Origin: the human T2T-CHM13v2.0 reference genome, Homo sapiens
Assembly (NCBI RefSeq): GCF_009914755.1
Contig: NC_060929.1
Direction: 5' to 3' (one strand)
DNA length: 64,000 nt
The translations under genes were made by a program, and so were the position numbers. Shown here piece by piece: positions 57,561 through 64,000 of this stretch. The notes beneath the pieces are model-generated. The model made no database searches. It saw only the letters and a program-made list of their open reading frames with translations, and was not told the DNA's origin. Position 1 is the stretch's first letter, and every line of letters starts with the position of its first letter.

Positions 57561-58364
57561 TATTCCACCTTGGCCACAGCCTGTGGGTCCAGGATGTTTT
57601 GTAGGTAGAAATGAGTTTTAGATATATGAGTCTAATTATACATATTTTAGGTAAATTTGCTGTAGAGACCAAGATAGCTTTTCCTTTCAAATCTCTACTG
57701 CATGAAATCACCTTCTAGCTTAGACATCTTAAAATGCAAATCTCAGGAGGCTTACTTCCTCAGGGAGGTACATCTGTTCTTTCTACCAATTGGCGTGGGT
57801 TTTGGACCTTGTTATTTTTGAATCAGTTACAGTCTCCCTGCCAGCTGAGGGCACATAACGTTTCATTACTGGCAATACTGGAGTCAAGGAGCACTGCCTA
57901 TCCTAACTCTAAGTCTGGAGTTAGAGCCCGTTGAGTCTGTGGTAGTTCCTTTTGCTTTTGATATTTAGTTAGCAGGAAAACTGAGAGGATATTGAATTTC
58001 ATTAACACTTCCTTAGAAGCACATTTCCTTAGAAGCATGAATATTGCTTGGATTCTGAACACTCTGAATCTTCACCAAGAGAAGAAACAAAATGCCGTGG
58101 CAAAACGGTAGGAGTTGTCTTTGGTTCTCCTTTAGCTCCAGTCCATTTCTTGACATAAACTTCCTCCATCCTTGCAGACCTACCCCCCATTTGGTATCTG
58201 TTGACCTTCATTGTGCCCTAAGCTGCCTTCCCCTCCCCTTTTCTTGAGAATTTTACATATTTTGCCTTTCCACGTTGAACTATGTATATCCCCTTCCTCG
58301 TCGGCACTCCCCACCATAATTGTGCTGTTGTATTTCATCCATAAGACAGACACTCTGCCCTATT

Positions 58365-58555
58365 CCAGCTCTTAAACCCTAGTGTGCTTCAGAATCACTG
58401 GAGATGCTTATTAAACTCCTGGGCCACTCGTCCTGTATCTCTGAATCAGGAAAGCTGGGCCAGGGCCTAGGAATCTGCATTTTAACAGAAGGTACCCTCC
58501 CCTGCTCCAGGTGATTCTGACTTGGTAAGGAGACCACTCTTTGAGCAACCCCACA
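58365..58555. mobile_element. MER5A
   Basis: TCAGAATCACTGGAGATGCTT...TCTGAATCAG...GGCCTAGGAATCTGCATTTTAACAG...CCAGGTGATTCTGA. Confidence 0.75.
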
Positions 58556-59369
58556 GTCTGCTGTAGCAGAGCAGCCCTGCTTTTTGGACAGGAGACCTGG
58601 GTTTAGTTCCAGTGATGCCCTCCACCAGTCCTGTGGCTTTGGGGAAGTCACTTCAACTCCCTGGGCTTCTATTTCCTCATCTAAATCCTGGAGAAGCTGG
58701 GAGATACATTACACTGGAGACCTAAACTCCCTTGCCCCATGGCCTTCCCTTCTTTCCTGGCTGGAAAACCCCAAATCTGGATGGCTCTACACTCTGCCTT
58801 CTCTTTCCTGCACCCAGGCTACTAAATGTGCTGAGAGAAAGTCACAGGCCCAGGCCAATGGTGCTGCTCAGACTAGCTTTCAACATCATGCAAAGGATCA
58901 TGGCCCTCCTCCTGTCAGCAACCTCTCTCCTGCATTACCAAATGCTCTTCTTTCTCCTCAAATGTCAGGCCCAGCCATTCCTCCTGCATCTTAACATGTG
59001 AACTTACCTTTCAACCTACAGTGAAAGTAGAAGCCACAACAGGAAATCCCTTAACTTCCTACCACACACCTGCAAATGCACCAGCTTCCATACCTGTCCT
59101 TTCCTGCTTCCTTCTATTGCATTGTCTCTCCTCTGGGATATATCATTTTTATCTCAGATGCTCGGGATCTTGCTCTTTCAGGTTCCTCTGTCTCTCCTGT
59201 ATCTTCCACCTCTTCCCCTCTTCAGTTATATTCCTACCACCCAGAGATTTGTGCTGTTAACATATTGATATAATCCTTTCAGGTTTTTAAAAAGTATGTG
59301 TAAGAGTACATTTTATTATACCTCATTGGAATTTTTATCAATTAAAGTTCAAAATGAAGTAGGGGGAGC

Positions 59370-60205
59370 AGAGTTACTATGTTATAGGACTTATAGGAAT
59401 TCGGCCTTACAATTGTGGGAGGAGAGAAATGAAGGCCCAAGACGAGAAAATTGGAGGAAGAGAGCAGTCATTTTCAGTCATCTGAGAAGCCAAGTGTTTC
59501 CTCCTGGATTATCCAGGTGGGTCCAATGTGACAACAAGCGTCCTTATAAGAGGGAGGCAGAAGGATGTGACTACAGTAGTAGGAAATATGATGACAACTG
59601 GAGCCACGCGAGGGTGGGGACCTGAGCAACACATGCAGGTGGCCTCCACAACTTAGAAAAAGCAAGGGAATGAATTCTCCCCTAGAGCCTCCAGAAGATA
59701 CCAACCCTGCTGACACCTTGCCGTTAGCCCAGAGAAACTGATTTCAGACATCTGGACTCCAGAACTGTAAGAAAATAAGTTTGCATTGTTTTAAGCCACT
59801 AAGTTTGTGGTAATTTTTTGTAAGAGGCCTAGGAAACAAATGCACATATCCAGACACAAAGGGAGACCACCAAGGGAGCATCTCTGGAGAAGTCTGTTGA
59901 AAGCTGCTGCCTCTGTAGTTATGTGCTCTAGGGATCTGCAGGCAGCTGGTGCTGGGCCTGGGACCACTGTTGGTTGGTCAGCGGGCTAGAAACAAGAGGA
60001 CCTGGACACAGAGCGGAGAACTGGACCCCACTAGACACTCCTTTGTCTGTCCTTACTACATCTGACCGTAAATACCTGCAGAAAGCAATGGCCACTTTGT
60101 CACCTCTAAATTTCACACAAGCTCCTCTTGAGCCAGCTTTAGCCCATATAGGGAACAGAACTCTGGGACCTATAGTTTCCACCTTAACCAAGTTGACACA
60201 GCACA
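59370..60205. mobile_element. MLT2-like ERVL LTR (-) with a nested MLT1D-like LTR (+, about 59473-59846)
   Basis: MLT1D motifs CCTGGATTATCCAGGTGGGTCCAATGT and TCTCCCCTAGAGCCTCCAGAAG; MLT2-type end CTTAACCAAGTTGACACA. Confidence 0.7.
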
Positions 60206-61644
60206 TTCCAATATAGGATCGTATGGTTTTATTGGTTTCCCAACATACTGAACATTATGGTAAGAGCAGTTTGCTATATCATGGGATATTCTTCCAAACT
60301 AATTTAGAAGAAATTCTGATGAACCATTATTTATTTAACTTTCCTTCTATTATTGTTAACTCAGGATGTTTTCTGTTTTTCTCTATCACAGACAGTGCTG
60401 CAGCAACTCTCTGTGCATACAAATATTTGTCAGTATCTCTGACATTTCCTGGGAATGGATTCCTAGAAAGGAGATTACTAAATTAAAGGAAGTGAATTTC
60501 TACGGAGCTTGATGATTCCTGCCAAACTGCTTTCCAGAAGTGATGTATCAGTTTTCATTCCTATTAACATTGGGCTCAGGCCAGCATTGAATATTATATT
60601 TTAAATCTTTTCAAAGAGACATTTCTTGACTATCTCTGATACTGGTGATCATTACTGGCTCAGGAATTGGATGTAAAGTGAGCTAGCTGGACTGGTGACA
60701 CCTTCCCTTTACCTCCATGGGTTCCTACACCTTCAGAAGCTGCACCCTTGATGAAAGGGGACAACATGTTCTGGTGAGGAATCTAGCATCCTTCAGTCAA
60801 GAGCTTGGGGGAAGTATGTTGCTTAAAAATTAAATACATCCTGAGTAAACACGTTACGCACAAGAAAAAGTACTGTTCCTATATCAGAAATATAGAAACG
60901 GAAATAGAAAGCAAGTGACTTTCCCAGGTATAGCTAGCAAGTCCCTAGCAGGGTCACACTTAGCATTTACTTTCCTAAAATTTTCCATCATGATTTAAGA
61001 CATTTCAAAGCATCTATATTGTGCCAAAAATTAGATTCTGCATCACACATAGGAAAGCACAATTTTTGGCTTATTTCTTAAATACTAAATCACATTAATT
61101 GGCTGTTTCCCATTGCAAATATTTGAATTAATAAGGATCTTTTTATCACATGTAATTTTAAATGATCTTTTAGTTTTTCAGCTTTGCTGCAACACAGATG
61201 GAACTAAAACAAAATTGTATAATGCTGAAGTGACCCAAGGAGAAAACCTCTCACATAATTTTGTGCAGAGAGTGAGTAAGCAGTCTATGCCACATCTTCC
61301 CCAAATTTATATTTTAGCTGAAATGTAATGGTTAGACAGATAGTCAGTAATTGGTACAGTGAGAAGAGAAATTAGTTCTGACTTATCTTCTCTCCAAACT
61401 GCAAAGTGTATTTTTATATACAATTTCAGAATGATAATAAAATGATCTAGTTTCCATTTATCAAAATGAGCGATGCTGAATGTCTGATGACTGGCTTGCT
61501 TTCTGAAATCTTATTTTAGAGTTATCAGACTGTCTGAGATCTTTGGGAAACTTCTGCATTAAGTGAGCCAATTGGCAAATAAACATCTACTTAACATGTA
61601 CAAAACTATACAAGGCTGAGATACAGAGGATGTGGCAGAGATGA

Positions 61645-61812
61645 TCAGTGGTCATCTCAGAATGGTCTCTGAACCAGCAGCATCAGCAGCACCTTGGAAC
61701 TGATCAGAAATGCTTACCTTACACATATTGGATCAGAAACTCTATGGAGAGGCTGGGCAGTTGTGTTTTAACAAGCCCCATGATGTACGCTAAAGTTATC
61801 TAAGAACTCTGA
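61645..61812. mobile_element. MER5A-like
   Basis: CAGTGGTCATCTCAG...ACCAGCAGCATCAGCAGCACC...ATCAGAAACTCT...TGTGTTTTAACAAGCCC. Confidence 0.75.
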
Positions 61813-61899
61813 TCCCAAGAAACAACTTAAAATACACACACACACAGGAGTCAGCTCTGGAAAAGAGGAAATATTGTGTCATTAGCATATCAGAAAATT

Positions 61900-63200
61900 T
61901 GAAGAAGCCCTGAAAGAGCAAAGCTGATGTGTTCACATTCGCAGAGGAAACCATAGCCCAAATAATGTAGAAAAAAAATATATTAGTAAGGGAATGAGAA
62001 TGTTTTAGGAGGAACTCCAGAATAGGAGAATACTAAAAATGGCAGGGGCAAAAAAAGAAAAAAAAATCAAAGAAATAATATAAGAAAAATTCCCAGCGGA
62101 AGCCACAGACGCCAGGAGCCCTGTACTCTCAGCCATGGTGAATCCCACCGTGTTCTTCCACATTCCAGTGGACAGCGAGCCCTTGGGCCGCGTCTCCTTC
62201 AAGCTGTTTGCAGACAAGTTTCCAAAGACAGCAGAAAACTTTCGTGCTCTGAGCACTGGAGAGAAAGGATTTGGTTATAAGTGTTCTTGCCTTCACAGAA
62301 TTATTCCAGGGTTTATATGTCAGGGTGATGGCTTCACACGCCATAATGGCACTGGTGGCAAGTCCGTCTACGGGGAGAAATTTGATGATGAGAACTTCAT
62401 TCTAAAGCATACAGGTCCTGGCATCTTGTCCCTGGCAAATGCTGGACCCAACACAAACGGCTCCCGGTTTTTCATCTGCACTGCCAAGACTGGGTGGTTG
62501 GATGGCACGCATGTGGTCTTTGGCAAGGCGAAAGAAGGCATAAATATTCTGGAGGCCATGGAGCGCTTGGGTCCAGGAATGGAAAGACCAGCAAGAAGAT
62601 CACCATTTCTGACTGTGGACAACTCTAATAAATTTGACTTGTGTTTTATCTTAACCACCAGACCATTCCTTCTGTAGCTCAGGAGAGCAGCCCTCCACCC
62701 CATTTGCTCGCAGTATCCTAGAATCTTTGTGCTCTTGCTGCAGTTCCCTTTGGGTTCCATGTTTTCCTTGTTCCCTTCCATGACTAGCTGGATTGCAGAG
62801 TTGAATTAAGTTTATGATTATGAAATAAAAACTAAATAACAAAAAGAAAGAAAAATTCCCAGAGCTGAACAATGACACGTTTTCAGATTAACAGTTCCCA
62901 CAAAATGCTAAGCAGGTTGGAATAGACACATCTTGATGAAATATCAGACACTAAGGATGAAGAGAAAGTTTCTAGAGAGAGAGGAGAAAAAAGAGGTTAC
63001 TTAAACAGGAGAATCAGTTTGGCATCAGAATTCTCATCAGAAACGCTGAAGACTAACAGGCACTAAGGAATCACTTCAAAAATTTATGAAAAATATTTTG
63101 AAAAAAGTATTGGGTTCCTGGAAAAACTAACATTCAAGTTAGAGGGCAACAAGAAAATGACAGTTTTAAGCGCAAGAAAGTCTTGTTGCATTAAAGAATT
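61900..63200 (+). mobile_element. Ancient L1 ORF1-region remnant hosting the PPIA retrocopy
   Basis: AAAGAAATAATATAAGAAAAATTCCCAGAGCTGAA and AATCAGTTTGGCATCAGAATTCTCATCAGAAAC resemble degenerate L1 ORF1. Confidence 0.6.
62097..62847 (+). pseudogene. PPIA: Processed pseudogene of PPIA (cyclophilin A, peptidyl-prolyl isomerase A)
   Basis: Intronless copy with 5'UTR remnant, GCCATGG start at 62135, PPIA-like translation (19 substitutions in the first 144 aa versus recalled human PPIA), a 1-bp deletion at about 62567 causing a frameshift, PPIA 3'UTR, AATAAA at 62824, short A tail and a perfect 15-bp TSD AAGAAAAATTCCCAG (62082-62096 and 62848-62862). The symbol is that of the parent gene; the pseudogene number is unknown. 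Confidence 0.96.
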
Positions 63201-63344
63201 TATGAAGGGGTTAAAGTTTAAAAATATTGAGCCAGTTGGGAAACAGTATTTTAGTTTGAGAGAAAGAAATATTTGGATTTCTGTCAGAATAATTCCCAAG
63301 AGAACATTTAAGAAAATTACACATTTTAAAAAACAAAAGCAAGA

Positions 63345-63622
63345 ATAAAAGAGAGAGAGAGAAAGAGGAAGAGGACGGAAGGAGGGAAAGGGAGGGAGGG
63401 AGGAAGGAAGAAAGTAAGGAAGGAAAGGGAACGAAAGGGAAGGAAAGAAGGAAGGGAAGGAGGAGAGGAAGGAGGGAGGAGAGGAAGGAGGGAGGGAGGG
63501 AGTGAGGAAGGAAAGGGAAGGAAAGAAGGAAGGGAAGGGGGGGCAGGAGGGAGGGAGCAGAAAAGGGAGGGAGGGAGGAGAAAAGGGAGGGAGGGAGGGA
63601 GGGAGGAAGGAAGGAAGGAAAA
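63345..63622. repeat. Polypurine (GGAA/GGGA/GA) low-complexity tract
   Basis: About 275 bp, almost entirely A/G on the + strand. Confidence 0.95.
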
Positions 63623-64000
63623 TTTAGGAACAAGTTCAGATTTAGCAGCTTAGTTAAGTGGCAGAGAAAAGCTATTACCCTCTCATATCCATTTAGTGGC
63701 TTATGTGAAATGAACTGGTTTTGAAGTCCAGTTTCTTCCACTTGGAATTTTGGGTTTTACATGCACAGCAAGTGTGGCTAGTACTGCATCCTTGTCCTCC
63801 CTTCCATGGCAAGGGCAAAGGGCAAAAAACAGATGGACTTCCCTAAAGATTCATCATTGTCACCAGAAGAATAGCTGGGTTTCCTATAAGAGACTAGATG
63901 CCGTCTTCCTTCATTTATGCAACTGGGGGACAGGAAAGGTATTGTTTGTCCTGTGCATCAGTAGAGCACTGGTTTCCTTGCATATCCATATAGAACAGCT

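Noticed and set aside
62135-62677. TRIMCyp-like fusion or functional PPIA gene
   Set aside because: No TRIM (RING/B-box/coiled-coil) exons are in the window. TSDs, A tail, lack of introns and the frameshift mark a processed pseudogene.
63211-63741. 176-aa Pro/Ser/Leu/Phe-rich ORF
   Set aside because: It is the antisense translation of the polypurine tract.

Overview
Primate, human-like genomic DNA: AT-rich, CpG-depleted, with no CpG island. It reads as intergenic or deep-intronic sequence and is dominated by transposon fossils: 10 Alus, several old L1M blocks (one about 8 kb with nested insertions), L2, MIR and CR1/L3 remnants, MaLR LTRs (MLT1, MST, THE1), a MER41A solo LTR, a near-full-length Tigger1 and many DNA-transposon MITEs. 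The only gene-like feature is a processed PPIA (cyclophilin A) pseudogene at 62097-62847, flanked by 15-bp target-site duplications (TSDs). I found no intact protein-coding gene, RNA gene or CRISPR array, and cannot support a new multi-gene system. The best leads are a 72-bp hairpin/palindrome in apparently unique DNA (7538-7609), a ~940-bp almost pure A/T minisatellite with built-in 22-bp palindromes (11840-12782), a candidate 24-nt minus-strand microexon (54300-54323), and the open 180-codon frame of the PPIA retrocopy. Repeat subfamily names come from my recall of consensus sequences, not from a search; boundaries without TSDs are approximate.
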